Part shown: positions 21,086 to 32,012 of the stretch, piece by piece
Position numbering within the stretch: position 1 is the first letter of the stretch
Layout: the number at the start of each line of letters is the position of its first letter
Source: Nitrospinales bacterium
GTDB lineage: Bacteria > Nitrospinota > Nitrospinia > Nitrospinales > VA-1
Reading direction: 5' to 3'
Assembly (NCBI GenBank): GCA_965223795.1
Contig: CBDCXL010000002.1
Coordinates: 832,001-896,000 of the forward strand
DNA: 64,000 nucleotides
The notes under the pieces: generated by a model
The model's database searches: none
What the model was told of the DNA's origin: nothing
What the model saw: only the letters and a program-made list of their open reading frames with translations
Made by a program: the position numbers and the translations under genes

Positions 21086-22090
21086 ATGAGAAAAGATATG
21101 AATGAACCACTTATTTCTGTATTGATCCCAACTAAAAATCGAGAAACTTCGCTCAAAAAGGCGTTGGACAGCCTCATAAAACAAACCTTCAAAAATTTCG
21201 AACTGATTGTGGTTGATGGAGGATCAACGGACAACACTAAAGATATCGTTTTTAGCTATGAAAAATACTTCCCCATACAATGGGAAGTCAAAGAGGGTGG
21301 CCTGATACCCCAGATGAATGTTGCCCACCAGATAGCTAAAGGGAAATATGTAGTCCGCACGGATGATGATGTCATTTTCACCAACGGCTGGCTCCAAGGA
21401 ATTATTGATGCCTTTGAAAATGACGATAAAATCGGTGGCGTAACCGGCCCCACCGTAATACCTGAAGAGCATGTCCAAAGCAGAGACCTCTTTTTTTATG
21501 AAAATAAATTTCGCGAAGGTGGCATTTTCTGGAAATTTATAAGTAATCTTTATTTTAATTACTTAATGGAAGGTGAGCCCTATCGAGTGAGCCATTGGTG
21601 CAAATCGGGCACTTTCACACTCGGCACTAATTTTGAATCTTCGCTGACTGAAAAGTTTCAAGAGGTCAATAATCTAGAAGCCTGCAATTGGGCTGTTAGG
21701 CGGGATCTTTTAATTGAAGTGGGGGGTTTTGATTCCATATACACTGGGATCGGAGAGTACCATGAGCCTGATGCCGCATTTAAAATTAAAAAATTAGGAT
21801 ACAAATTAGTCTTCAACCCCAAAGCTCATTTATTTCATTGCCCCTCTAAAGAAGGGTTTTATAAGGATCGCCCTGACAGTTATCCTAGAATCATCAATTT
21901 CATTACTTTTTATTTTCGCCATATAAAGCCCAACACCATTGACAAATCAATCCGTTTCTTTCTTTATCTTTGTTTCCAAAATGCATTTTACGTTTTTCAA
22001 TTTTTCAACAAGAGACAACTTAATCTTTTAGGAGCCGTACCAGGGACCTTTGTTGGATTGTTCAATGTTGTTACTGGCTTAAGAAAATAA
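21086..22090 (+). CDS. Glycosyltransferase family 2
   Basis: ISVLIPTKNR, VVDGGSTDNT, RTDDD, GGFD. Confidence 0.88.
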   Translation: MRKDMNEPLISVLIPTKNRETSLKKALDSLIKQTFKNFELIVVDGGSTDNTKDIVFSYEKYFPIQWEVKEGGLIPQMNVAHQIAKGKYVVRTDDDVIFTNGWLQGIIDAFENDDKIGGVTGPTVIPEEHVQSRDLFFYENKFREGGIFWKFISNLYFNYLMEGEPYRVSHWCKSGTFTLGTNFESSLTEKFQEVNNLEACNWAVRRDLLIEVGGFDSIYTGIGEYHEPDAAFKIKKLGYKLVFNPKAHLFHCPSKEGFYKDRPDSYPRIINFITFYFRHIKPNTIDKSIRFFLYLCFQNAFYVFQFFNKRQLNLLGAVPGTFVGLFNVVTGLRK

Positions 22091-22186
22091 TAAAAAATTC
22101 TTATTCGTAAAATATCATCCAGTGCAATTCGTCCCCCCACTTATATTAGATTCATTCATGATTGGTTCTTTCTGAACTGTGTTTTT

Positions 22187-22915
22187 ATGGATAAATTTCA
22201 AAAACAACTTCACTATGGAAACATGTTCGAGGAAGACCAATATGTTCAGAAGCGCATTGAGCAGTATTGCAACTATATGATCCCTCATATCAAGGAAGGG
22301 TCCACCATACTTGACGTTGGCGGTTACATGGGCGACACACTGTATCTGCTTTCGAAAAACTGCGAAAAGCAGTTTGAATATAATTTGGTAGACTTTGATG
22401 ACAAGGCTTTGGAGATTGCACGGCAACGTGGAGCAAGGACATATAAAACACACCTTGATACCGAGTCCTTTGACAAACATTTTTCGCAGATGAAGTTCGA
22501 CATCATTTTATGTACAGAGGTCCTTGAACACACCCTCGACCCCCACAAACACATTAGACTGATCAAAGATTTGTTAAAAGATGATGGGCTTTGTATTATT
22601 TCTTTACCGAACGAAAACAGTATATTCCATCGTCTGATGAGTGTTATCGGGAAGGGAGTGGATCAGTGTGCTTTTGAACTGTATAAGCATCTTCATCTTC
22701 CGACGATAAATCAAAGCAGGGATTTCGTTTCGGAGTATTTCAAGATCAAAGAAATCACCTATTATATCAATCCCTCTTTAAAAGGCTCACGTGCTTCCTG
22801 GCTGGGAAGTGCGCTGACCTTATTTCCCGACTCTTTTTGGTATTTTTTATCAAACTCAATGCCCGGTTTGTTTGCACGTGGAGTCGTGTTTAAGTTGGAA
22901 AAGAGTTTAAATTAA
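22187..22915 (+). CDS. Class I SAM-dependent methyltransferase
   Basis: ILDVGG, FDIILCTEVLEH, LLKDDG..IISLPN. Confidence 0.85.
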   Translation: MDKFQKQLHYGNMFEEDQYVQKRIEQYCNYMIPHIKEGSTILDVGGYMGDTLYLLSKNCEKQFEYNLVDFDDKALEIARQRGARTYKTHLDTESFDKHFSQMKFDIILCTEVLEHTLDPHKHIRLIKDLLKDDGLCIISLPNENSIFHRLMSVIGKGVDQCAFELYKHLHLPTINQSRDFVSEYFKIKEITYYINPSLKGSRASWLGSALTLFPDSFWYFLSNSMPGLFARGVVFKLEKSLN

Positions 22916-23252
22916 TACACTGAATTTATTGATGATCTGATATGCTCGTCACGAAACTGGGATTCCCAGACGAAGGTTTTTATTTAAACACCTGATTTAT
23001 TTACAACAAGTTTGAATTTTCGATATTCTCCAAGCCCATAACCTTATCAGGTGTTCGATAATGAGAAATATTTTTTAAAGAAATCATGACTTGTTATCGG
23101 CATTGGGATATTATAAAACTTGATTTTTCAAATTGTTCAAAAAGAAGTTATTTAGTGAATTCTCTCATAAATACGAGTCTCTAAATATTCATGATTCAGA
23201 AACTTTTAGATATTAAATTTCGAATACTATTAAGTTTATCGGGAGGAGTCCA

Positions 23253-24728
23253 ATGAGGGTATTGTTGTGCAATCCGAAAGAGAAAAGTATGTTCGGGGAT
23301 GACATTGACCTCCCCGATGGCATAGGTGGTTCTTCTGGACATCCCAATCTTGGCCTTGCTGCACTATCTTCATATCTTAAACAAAAAGGCATCCAGATCC
23401 GTGTATATGATCATCAAATAGAAAACAGCCAAAATAAGTTAAATCAGATAATTACAGAATTTCAACCTGATGTGATCGGTCTCACTTCGTTTAGTTACTC
23501 ATATATTCATGCTATAGATTTGGTTGACATAATAAAAACCATGACAAAAGCTCCTGTTATATTAGGAGGCCCTCATGTTTCTGCAACTAAAGCAGAAGTT
23601 TTTGAAAATTCAAAAGTAGATTTTGCTGTTAAAGGAGAGGGAGAAATTACTTTTGAAGAATTTTTGCATGAAATACAGAAACCGGAACCCAACTATTCCG
23701 AAATTCAAGGCCTGCTATGGCGTAATGAAAATGGTGAAGTTATAGAAAATTGCAGCAGACCGTTTATTTATGACCTGGACCCTTTCCCCTACCCAGATTT
23801 CGAAGCTTTTCCGCTGAAGAAATACGCCTGTTTTCAGACCCGAACACTTCCAATAATTAGTTCCAGAGGTTGCCCCTATGCTTGCACCTTCTGTTCTGTG
23901 GTTCTGACTCAAGGACGAAACTTTAGAAAAAGAACCCCGAAAAATTTTGTGGATGAACTCGAATACTGGAACAATAAAGGATGGGAACGCTTCGAAATTG
24001 ACGACGATTGTTATTCATGTGACATGAAGCGCTGTATAAAAATTTCCAAGGAAATACTAAATCGCGGGCTAAAGGTTAAATACGACATCTATAATGGAAT
24101 TCGTGTTGACCGGGTTTCTCCTGAGATGCTCTCAGCCCTAAGAAAATCCGGTTGTTCATTAGTTTCATTTGGTTTGGAATCCGCGAACCTTCAAATACTC
24201 AAAAATATTAAAAAGGATTTAAAGAGCCTCGATCAGGTTACGGATGCTGTAAAATGGGCAAGAGATGCGGGTTTAAAAACTTCTGTAAACTTTATTATTG
24301 GACACCAAGGAGAAACCATAGAAACAGCCAGAGAGTCTCTACGTTTTGGTGATAAGCTAGATGCTGATTTTGTGAATTTTTATAATTTAGTCCCCTACCC
24401 AGGCACTGAAACTTACGAATGGGTTAAAAAGAATGCAAGAATGCTTGTTCCAGAGGAGGATTATTTACGGCATATATCTTACAGAGACAATGAACCCATA
24501 TTTGAGACGGATGATTTTTCTGCAGAAGAAAGGAGGCAGATCATCAGGGAAGGTTTTAAACTATATGAAAAAAAAGTATTAAAATTTAGATTGGGGAAAA
24601 TATTAGGTATGTTGGCTTATTTTCCTTTACGTTTTAAACCTTTGGGGAATTGGCTGAAAAAAGCCGTAAATCAACAGGGAGTGGTGCGAAGATCTTTTAT
24701 TTATCTTTCTCAAAGTTCAAGGCAGTAA
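23253..24728 (+). CDS. B12-binding-domain radical SAM protein
   Basis: PNLGLAALSSYL, PDVIGLTS, VILGGPHVS, SRGCPYACTFC, FGLESAN, PYPGT. Confidence 0.9.
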   Translation: MRVLLCNPKEKSMFGDDIDLPDGIGGSSGHPNLGLAALSSYLKQKGIQIRVYDHQIENSQNKLNQIITEFQPDVIGLTSFSYSYIHAIDLVDIIKTMTKAPVILGGPHVSATKAEVFENSKVDFAVKGEGEITFEEFLHEIQKPEPNYSEIQGLLWRNENGEVIENCSRPFIYDLDPFPYPDFEAFPLKKYACFQTRTLPIISSRGCPYACTFCSVVLTQGRNFRKRTPKNFVDELEYWNNKGWERFEIDDDCYSCDMKRCIKISKEILNRGLKVKYDIYNGIRVDRVSPEMLSALRKSGCSLVSFGLESANLQILKNIKKDLKSLDQVTDAVKWARDAGLKTSVNFIIGHQGETIETARESLRFGDKLDADFVNFYNLVPYPGTETYEWVKKNARMLVPEEDYLRHISYRDNEPIFETDDFSAEERRQIIREGFKLYEKKVLKFRLGKILGMLAYFPLRFKPLGNWLKKAVNQQGVVRRSFIYLSQSSRQ

Positions 24729-24775
24729 ATTAAAATATCAATAGCAGAAAAAATATCTTTCCTAATTGTGTAAAG

Positions 24776-25819
24776 TGTGTGATTCATAGACATTGTTTCA
24801 GGTTAAATTTGTTTAAAACCTGTTCGGAGTAGGATGTTTATGAATGCAGAAGTGAGGAAGCGATTAGGCTGGATTTGAGTTTACGAGGGCAATGGAAGTT
24901 TCGGGATGACCTGCCTACGTTGCGGTATTTCCCGTCCTACGCTGAGGAAGTGGTGGCGGAGGTACGAATCCGATGGAGTAGAAGGTCTAAGGTCTCGCAG
25001 CCGCCGTCCTCGGAAGACGCCCTTTCAAAAAGTATTTGCCTCTCAAACCAAGAAGATACACCGTTTACGCCGGAGAAACTTTGGAGCCAGGCGTATCCAG
25101 TCCGAACTGATCCGCCATTATGAGCTTCGTCTCTCTTTGGCCACCATTCACAAGACTCTGAAACGTCTAAGAGTCGGCCTATTGGTTCGCCTGAAGCGAA
25201 AACGCAGAGGGATGAAACGGTATTCCCGCCCCATTCCAGGGAATCGGGTGCAGATGGACACCTGCAAAATCGGCAAAGGTTTTTATCAATACACCGCTGT
25301 TGACGATTGCACCCGCTACAAAGTGGTCGCCCTGTTTCCCAAACGGACAGCGGCCAATACCCTCAATTTTCTGGAGCAGGTGATGGAGGAAATGCCTTTC
25401 CCCATTCAGCGGATTCAAACAGACCGGGGAGGAGAGTTTTTCGCTCATAAAGTACATGAACGAATGATGGAATGGGGCATCAAGTTTCGGCCTGTCCGGC
25501 CCGGTTCGCCTCATTTGAACGGCAAGGTGGAGAGGGCGCAGAAGACGGACCTGGATGAATTTTACACCTCGGTGAGTTTAAAAGCTCCCGATCTGGAGGA
25601 CCAACTCGCTCACTGGCAGCATTACCACAATTGGCAAAGACCTCATGGTGGTTTAAATGGGAAAACTCCGATGGATCGTTATTTCGAATTACTATCCAAA
25701 ACCCCTCTTTCTGATGAGGTCTATTCTAAATTCGATCCGACAAAAGAACGTTTTCGTTCACAAAACTATCAGGAAGATTTAAAATTGCAAAAGTTGAAAC
25801 GATCTCCGTGAATCGCACA
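24776..25819 (+). mobile_element. IS481-family insertion sequence (1044 bp) with 25-bp imperfect terminal inverted repeats and 7-bp target-site duplication TGTAAAG
   Basis: IRL TGTGTGATTCATAGACATTGTTTCA vs reverse-complemented IRR TGTGCGATTCACGGAGATCGTTTCA (20/25); TGTAAAG at 24769-24775 and 25820-25826; higher GC than the flanks. Confidence 0.92.
24840..25811 (+). pseudogene. IS481-family DDE transposase with an in-frame TGA at codon 13
   Basis: MNAEVRKRLGWI*VYEGNGSFGMTCLRCGISRPTLRKWW...; VQMD, AVDDCTR, IQTDRGGEF, NGKVER integrase core. Confidence 0.85.
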
Positions 25820-26058
25820 TGTAAAGCTATAACTTCACTTCTTCCCAAACAAATTATATCCATTCCTCCTATATTCTCACCTTTTTACTCAATCCTTATA
25901 TACGGGGATGCATTCCGCCTAGTTAGATATTATTTCCCCTACTTTCCACCCTTTATTTCCGCAAATAAAAGCAATTAAACTATAATTTAAGTTAATATTT
26001 CCAGTTAGAATCATTACCACTAAGAATTGTCGTTGTTTAAATTTCCAGTTCCCAAGAA

Positions 26059-28533
26059 ATGAAACTGCTAGTTAAATTAGTAGTATTTGTATTGATTTTT
26101 TATTGCGCAAATAGGTTTTGGTATTTAAAAAGTGACATCATCATCGGCCACAATTGGGATTTCACTTTTCCAGGAACGGAATTTTATGCAAAACGAGTTG
26201 GTGATTTAAGCAATTACACATGGAACGACTTTAAAGGCAAGTCAATATTTTTACAATCACACTTAGTTCAAAATAATTTTTTTTCCCTACTAAGTGATTT
26301 TTTTGGGGTCTCCTGGGCGATCAAAATACTATTTTTGTTTGTTGTATTTGCAGCATTAGTAAATATGCAAATATTACTGAGCTGGCTAACAAACATAAAT
26401 AACATCTATTCCTATTTGCTTAGCTTCACTTACGCATTTTCCCCATATTTTTTTAATATAGTAATAGCTGGAAGCTGGTATGGTTGGCTTTCTTACGCCT
26501 TTGCTCCTCTGTATTTTTATGCTTTTAGTCGAAGTGTATTGGAAAATAAAACATTTCCAATTTTCATTCTCATCATTTCAACTATCTTTCATTTAGGATT
26601 CGTTCAATATTTTTCTGTAATCAATTTAATTCTACTTTTTTATTTATTTTTTTGCGTTTATTTAAAAAGAGTTTCTTGGAAACGATTTATTTTTAAATAT
26701 TCTGCCCTAACACTTTTTATAGTTCTCTTGAATACTTATTGGCTTTATCCTTTCGCCACCAATATATTTGAATTTAACAAGGAAATTGTTAGCAACCAAG
26801 CACTTGTGGGAAATTTTCAAGCAGCACAAAATTCCCACCAATCTATATTGAATATTTTTTCCTTAACTGGATTTCTAGACAGAAATTTATACTTTCATTC
26901 GCTCTCATTTATCTCAAAAGCCGTCTTCCTTTTTTCAATTTCTTGCGTTTGGGGATTGATCGTATTTTCTCTCCTTAAAGAATACAGCTTCATTCAAATT
27001 GAATTGTATTTCTTTCTTTTTATCTTTCTGAGCTTCATTCTTCTTGTGAAAGGAGGGAATCCCCCATTCGGAGAATTTACCATGTGGATTTACAAAAATT
27101 TCGTATTTATGAAAATGTTTCGCAGTCCCCAAAACCTTTTCATTGCCATTGCATTTCTATTTCCTGTTCTATTGGCGTATGCGTTCAATCTCGTTTTTCA
27201 AAATACAAATCCAAGTAATATTATTTTAATTTCGGCACTGATAGCGGGACTTTTGATTGGATGGTTACAAAAAGGAGATATTGGTCATTCTGTATTAAAA
27301 GATAAAAAACGAGACCATATAGATTTTTACAGACTAGATCCTGAGATAATCAAGATTCATCAAAATAACGACAAGAAAGAATTAGTCCACAAAGAATATT
27401 TTATTCCAAACACTCAATCCCCCAAATATATTTCCAACATATATCAAAATATGGGACAGGGGATGATTCCTGAGTTGTTGTATCAAAATAATTCAACGGT
27501 ATTGACTGAAAATATCAATAACAACATAAACCTGCGTTTTCAAAATACTATCCCCAGCGATTTTATTTCCTCAAACAATATCAGATATATAACTTATCGT
27601 ACCGACATCAAACATCATTTCTGGAAACCTCCCCCAGATTACTATATTCGGGTAAAAAACAATCTTGACGTAAAATTAAAAAAGACTTTCGCCGGTAATC
27701 GGCATTTCACTTATATTATTTCAGATGACTTGTTCTCTCCAATTTTTAGCATTTGCAAATCGATAACCTTCAATCAAAACTCGACTCATAATTTTATTGA
27801 CTCTGAAGATGACATTCATTCTTGTCAGATTCCATCAGATAAGAAATATGCATCATTATTATCTAACAAAATTATAGATACAAATCATACCAAGATTATA
27901 GAATACAAAAAAATATCACCCGTTAAATACAAATTACTTTTAAGAAATCTTAATTTTAAGGATATTATTTATCTTAAATTTTCGCAGGAGTACGATAAGT
28001 TTTGGAAATTGTATTTCGATAAAGATCAGGCACTAATTGATAACTCCTGCTCACGCATAATAACTGATAATGAATACACCGTTTCCCAATTAAATGCTTT
28101 AGATCAGGCAACTTTAAATGAAGTAAATTTCATGAGATCTAAGTTCTGCCTACCATATATAAACAACAAAGGCCCTGTCTCTTTTATTTCTAAAAACTTT
28201 AGTAACTCAATACAAAATAACAATCTAATAGGCACGCCGTCTTTTAATTTCCTTTTCACAAATCATCATTCAGACAAATTTCATTTCCCGATCTTAAATA
28301 CACCTCACAACTTAAATGGATGGTTGATCGATGTTGACCTAATTCAATCAGAATATCCCGGAGCATTGACAAAAAATAAGAACGGCCAATATGATTTATC
28401 TTTGACGGTCATGTTTGATTTGCAAATCAAATTCTATATTGGTTTATTTATCAGCTTGTTGGCAATTACTTTTTCTACAATTTGGTTGTGCCTTAAAAAT
28501 TACAACTCAAATTTATTACCCACTAAGGAATAG
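26059..28533 (+). CDS. Large multi-pass membrane protein, putative GT-C (AftD N-terminal/DUF3367-like)
   Basis: About 13 hydrophobic segments, GHNWDFTFP, YAFSPY, YAFAPL, MFRSPQ, then a soluble domain and a C-terminal TM helix. Confidence 0.6.
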   Translation: MKLLVKLVVFVLIFYCANRFWYLKSDIIIGHNWDFTFPGTEFYAKRVGDLSNYTWNDFKGKSIFLQSHLVQNNFFSLLSDFFGVSWAIKILFLFVVFAALVNMQILLSWLTNINNIYSYLLSFTYAFSPYFFNIVIAGSWYGWLSYAFAPLYFYAFSRSVLENKTFPIFILIISTIFHLGFVQYFSVINLILLFYLFFCVYLKRVSWKRFIFKYSALTLFIVLLNTYWLYPFATNIFEFNKEIVSNQALVGNFQAAQNSHQSILNIFSLTGFLDRNLYFHSLSFISKAVFLFSISCVWGLIVFSLLKEYSFIQIELYFFLFIFLSFILLVKGGNPPFGEFTMWIYKNFVFMKMFRSPQNLFIAIAFLFPVLLAYAFNLVFQNTNPSNIILISALIAGLLIGWLQKGDIGHSVLKDKKRDHIDFYRLDPEIIKIHQNNDKKELVHKEYFIPNTQSPKYISNIYQNMGQGMIPELLYQNNSTVLTENINNNINLRFQNTIPSDFISSNNIRYITYRTDIKHHFWKPPPDYYIRVKNNLDVKLKKTFAGNRHFTYIISDDLFSPIFSICKSITFNQNSTHNFIDSEDDIHSCQIPSDKKYASLLSNKIIDTNHTKIIEYKKISPVKYKLLLRNLNFKDIIYLKFSQEYDKFWKLYFDKDQALIDNSCSRIITDNEYTVSQLNALDQATLNEVNFMRSKFCLPYINNKGPVSFISKNFSNSIQNNNLIGTPSFNFLFTNHHSDKFHFPILNTPHNLNGWLIDVDLIQSEYPGALTKNKNGQYDLSLTVMFDLQIKFYIGLFISLLAITFSTIWLCLKNYNSNLLPTKE

Positions 28534-28539
28534 TTCAAT

Positions 28540-30102
28540 TTGAATCAGCTATCATTCAAAATTTCTAATGATAAGCTGTCTTATATAATTTTTATTTTTT
28601 TTGGATCCCTTCTGTCACTGCTATCAATTTTAAAATACAATTCTCTTCATTCCACTATTTTCGATCTGGGAGTTTTTATTTGGAATATTTCAAATTCAAT
28701 TCATGAACCCGGAAGAATATTTTTCGGGCATGCACAACCACTACTCCTAGCCTATTCCTCAATTTACAATTTACTACCTACCGGCAGCGGCCCCTATTTT
28801 CTGCTGGCTCTTCAAGCTTTTACTTTGGCCTCGCCATTACCATTGCTCTTGAGATTTTTTGGCCCCATTTCCACATTAGCTTATATTTTATACTTTGGTG
28901 TATGGTACAACTCCCTTTTTGATTTTCATTTAGACCACATTGCAATTCCATTATTATTTTTATTTTTCTTTTATCACGAAAAGGAAGACTATTTAAAAGC
29001 AACATTAATTGCAGGATCGTTGATATTCATAAAGGAACCTTTTGCCTTACAAACCGCCGCCTGCGGGATCTTTTTGATTTTCAAAAAAAGACTTTATAAT
29101 TATGGAATAGTATTAATTGTATTTGGTTTTGGATATTTTTTATTTTCAACCAATATTTTAATCCCTTATTTTTCACAAGGGATACCAGGAGGCTTAGGAT
29201 CTAGCGCTTTTTCATGGCTTGGAAATAGCATATGGGAAATGCTTATATTTATAAGCACTAACCCCATCGACATTATTTCTGAAATCTTTTCTACTCCAAA
29301 TAAAAGAAGTTATCTTTTTCATATTTTTGGAGCGGTTGGTTTTATTTGCTTATTACGCCCCAGCCCTCTAATTGTCGCACTTCCTATAATTGCCATTGCC
29401 CTTTTAGCTGAAGATAGTAATTATTCTGGTTTTAGGTTTCACTACACTGCTGGATTGATTGCCCCGCTCATAGTTTCATTTCATCAGGGATTGCCTGCCT
29501 TAAAACATTTATCTGTAAAATTAAATATTTCTTATAAAATTCTAAAAATAACTATTTTTCTAATATTACTATCTGGACATATATTTATTTCACCATCACC
29601 AATATCGACTGCTTTTTGGAATAATAAATCTTGGGGCTATAATTACAATGCCTATAATGTCACTTCCAGAGACAAACTAATAATCAAAGCAATTCATAAA
29701 CATATTCCTAATGATCGTCATATTTTGATTTCAGCACAAAATACACTCAATATTGAATGGCTTGCTAATCGTAAATATTTTACTGTTTTTCCAAAAGGTG
29801 TTTTTCAACCTGTCGATTTTCCAGCCTGGTCCGAGTTTTCCCTTGAATCTTTTATCAATTCTGTTAAAACCAACCAAAATCAGATACTCACCAATCACCC
29901 TGTTTGGGCTGATTATATAGTATTGGATTTAAAACGTCCTTGGTACCTTCTCGATAAAGGCTGTTATTGGTATGATGGAAAATGCCAAAATAATAAAAGT
30001 TTAGCTGATTTGTTCTTACAAAAAGTAGCTGAAGCAAAAAGGATTTTTACAGTAATATATCAAAAGGATGGATTTTTTATCTTGAAGCGAACAACCATAT
30101 AA
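28540..30102 (+). CDS. DUF2079-like membrane protein (putative GT-C)
   Basis: DLGVF, GHAQP, FDFH, KE, FHY motifs; multi-TM. Confidence 0.7.
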   Translation: MNQLSFKISNDKLSYIIFIFFGSLLSLLSILKYNSLHSTIFDLGVFIWNISNSIHEPGRIFFGHAQPLLLAYSSIYNLLPTGSGPYFLLALQAFTLASPLPLLLRFFGPISTLAYILYFGVWYNSLFDFHLDHIAIPLLFLFFFYHEKEDYLKATLIAGSLIFIKEPFALQTAACGIFLIFKKRLYNYGIVLIVFGFGYFLFSTNILIPYFSQGIPGGLGSSAFSWLGNSIWEMLIFISTNPIDIISEIFSTPNKRSYLFHIFGAVGFICLLRPSPLIVALPIIAIALLAEDSNYSGFRFHYTAGLIAPLIVSFHQGLPALKHLSVKLNISYKILKITIFLILLSGHIFISPSPISTAFWNNKSWGYNYNAYNVTSRDKLIIKAIHKHIPNDRHILISAQNTLNIEWLANRKYFTVFPKGVFQPVDFPAWSEFSLESFINSVKTNQNQILTNHPVWADYIVLDLKRPWYLLDKGCYWYDGKCQNNKSLADLFLQKVAEAKRIFTVIYQKDGFFILKRTTI

Positions 30103-30153
30103 AACTTCTTAATGATCAACATGTTTTTTCATCTTATTTCAATTTATACATAA

Positions 30154-31149
30154 ATGAATATTTTGGATGAATTAAACATGGAAAAACCTGAGTACTCAGT
30201 TGTCATACCTGTTTTTAATGAAGAAGAAGTTCTTCCTTTATTTATTTCAGATTTATGCACTGCCATGAATCAACTAGGAAATAATTATGAGTTATTATTT
30301 ATTGATGATGGAAGCACTGATAAAACATGGGAAATTTTAAAAGAACATTCAAAAATAGATTCTAATATTTTTTCATTCCGTTTAAGTAGAAACTTTGGAC
30401 ATCAACAAGCTATATTTGCCGGCCTCGTTCATACGAGAGGGAAAGCTGTTGGAATCATTGACGGGGACGGACAAGATCCTGCTAATGAATTATGCAACAT
30501 GTTCAAGGCGCTTGACGATGGATATGATGTTGTTTTTGGTGTGCGGAAAAAGAGAAAAGAAGGTGTTTTTATTCGATTCTGCTATTATATTTTTTATCGA
30601 ATATTAAACAAGATCACAAAAATATATATCCCTCTTGATAGCGGGGATTTTTCTGTAATGGATAAATCGGTCGTCGAATTCATCAAGAATGTCAATGATC
30701 CCAACCCATTTATAAGAGGTTTAAGAAGTTGGTATGGCGGAAAACAAAAAGCATATGAATATGAACGAAGTGCTAGAAAAGGCGGGAACTCAAAATATTC
30801 ATTTCTTCAATTGATAGATCTAGCTATCAATGGTGTTACTTCTTGCTCTAAATGGCCTTTACGTTTTGCTGTCTATCTTGGCGGAAGTGTTTCATTATTG
30901 ACACTTTTATATACTGTTATCACTATCACACTTAAGATATTTTTCAATTACCCTGATGATCCTTTTAGCGCTGGCTGGACTTCACTCATCACTATCATTG
31001 GATTTGTTGGAGGAATGAATATATTGGTCATAGGTATTATCGGCGAATACCTTTCACACGTGTTTGATGCAACAATGAAGCAGCCAACTTTTATCATTAA
31101 AGAAACAACCAAACCATACTCAAAAGAGCTTTCTGTTAAAATTCAATAA
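30154..31149 (+). CDS. GT2 polyprenyl-phosphate glycosyltransferase (GtrB-like)
   Basis: VIPVFNEE, IDDGSTD, LSRNFGHQ, DGDGQDP, DSGDF, GWTSL, two C-terminal TMs; start may be 30178. Confidence 0.9.
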   Translation: MNILDELNMEKPEYSVVIPVFNEEEVLPLFISDLCTAMNQLGNNYELLFIDDGSTDKTWEILKEHSKIDSNIFSFRLSRNFGHQQAIFAGLVHTRGKAVGIIDGDGQDPANELCNMFKALDDGYDVVFGVRKKRKEGVFIRFCYYIFYRILNKITKIYIPLDSGDFSVMDKSVVEFIKNVNDPNPFIRGLRSWYGGKQKAYEYERSARKGGNSKYSFLQLIDLAINGVTSCSKWPLRFAVYLGGSVSLLTLLYTVITITLKIFFNYPDDPFSAGWTSLITIIGFVGGMNILVIGIIGEYLSHVFDATMKQPTFIIKETTKPYSKELSVKIQ

Positions 31150-31152
31150 ATA

Positions 31153-31881
31153 ATGGATTTAGAGAAGCTTCAATTATATGAGAAATTAGGAAACAGTCAT
31201 TGGTGGCTCACTAGTAAATACACAATATTAAAAGATTTTTTAATTCACCACGCTCCTAGTAGAACTGATTTCAATCCCATGCTCGATATTGGGTGTGGAG
31301 GTGGAGTTTTCTTAAAGAAAATATCTGATATAGCTCCCTTCCAATTTGGAGCGGATTTGAACTATAAAATATTATTAAATAGGCAAACTCAAAATAATTT
31401 ATTTGTTACCTCTAATGCCAAACAGCTGCCATATAAGGATAATGTATTCTCATTGGTTTCAGCAATTGACATTCTTGAGCATATTGATGATGATAATATA
31501 GCTGTTCATGAGATATTTCGGGTATTAAAATCAAATGGCTGGGTTTTAGTCAGCGTTCCTGCATATATGTCATTGTTTGGTGACCACGATAAATTATTTG
31601 GTCATATCAGAAGATATAAACTCAATCAAATACGAAATATACTCATTTCAAATGGATTTCTTATAAAAAAAGCAACGTATATACAGCCTCTTTTTTTTCT
31701 GCCATTATTTCTGAAGCGTCGCTTTTTTCCCACCAATGACAATTATTTAGGGGATTTTAATTTGCCCCCCAAAACTATAAATAATATCTTGCATCATATT
31801 TTAGCTTTTGAGCGATTCCCATTACGCCTTATCAATTTCCCATTTGGCCCCACAATATTGGTACTAGCTCAAAAAAAATAA
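31153..31881 (+). CDS. Class I SAM-dependent methyltransferase
   Basis: HWW, LDIGCGGG, DILEHIDDD, SVPAY..LFGDHD..GHIRRY. Confidence 0.88.
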   Translation: MDLEKLQLYEKLGNSHWWLTSKYTILKDFLIHHAPSRTDFNPMLDIGCGGGVFLKKISDIAPFQFGADLNYKILLNRQTQNNLFVTSNAKQLPYKDNVFSLVSAIDILEHIDDDNIAVHEIFRVLKSNGWVLVSVPAYMSLFGDHDKLFGHIRRYKLNQIRNILISNGFLIKKATYIQPLFFLPLFLKRRFFPTNDNYLGDFNLPPKTINNILHHILAFERFPLRLINFPFGPTILVLAQKK

Positions 31882-32012
31882 TCGTTTAATCAATACTATA
31901 CAAAGTATTAGCTATTATTGAATACTATAATATATAAAAAGCTATTTGTAGTATTGAATGAATAATTATAATTGGATGAAGCAACCAAAATAACTAATCT
32001 CAAGGTTGAGAA

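Noticed and set aside
22987..23055. 10-bp inverted repeat AACACCTGAT/ATCAGGTGTT
   Set aside because: Short and widely spaced in AT-rich DNA; could be chance.
24876..24878. In-frame TGA as possible selenocysteine or readthrough
   Set aside because: Non-catalytic position in a transposase with no supporting evidence; a simple nonsense mutation is more parsimonious.
31891..31960. AATACTATA direct/inverted repeats before the radical SAM gene
   Set aside because: Low-complexity AT-rich sequence; no regular repeat-spacer structure, not CRISPR.
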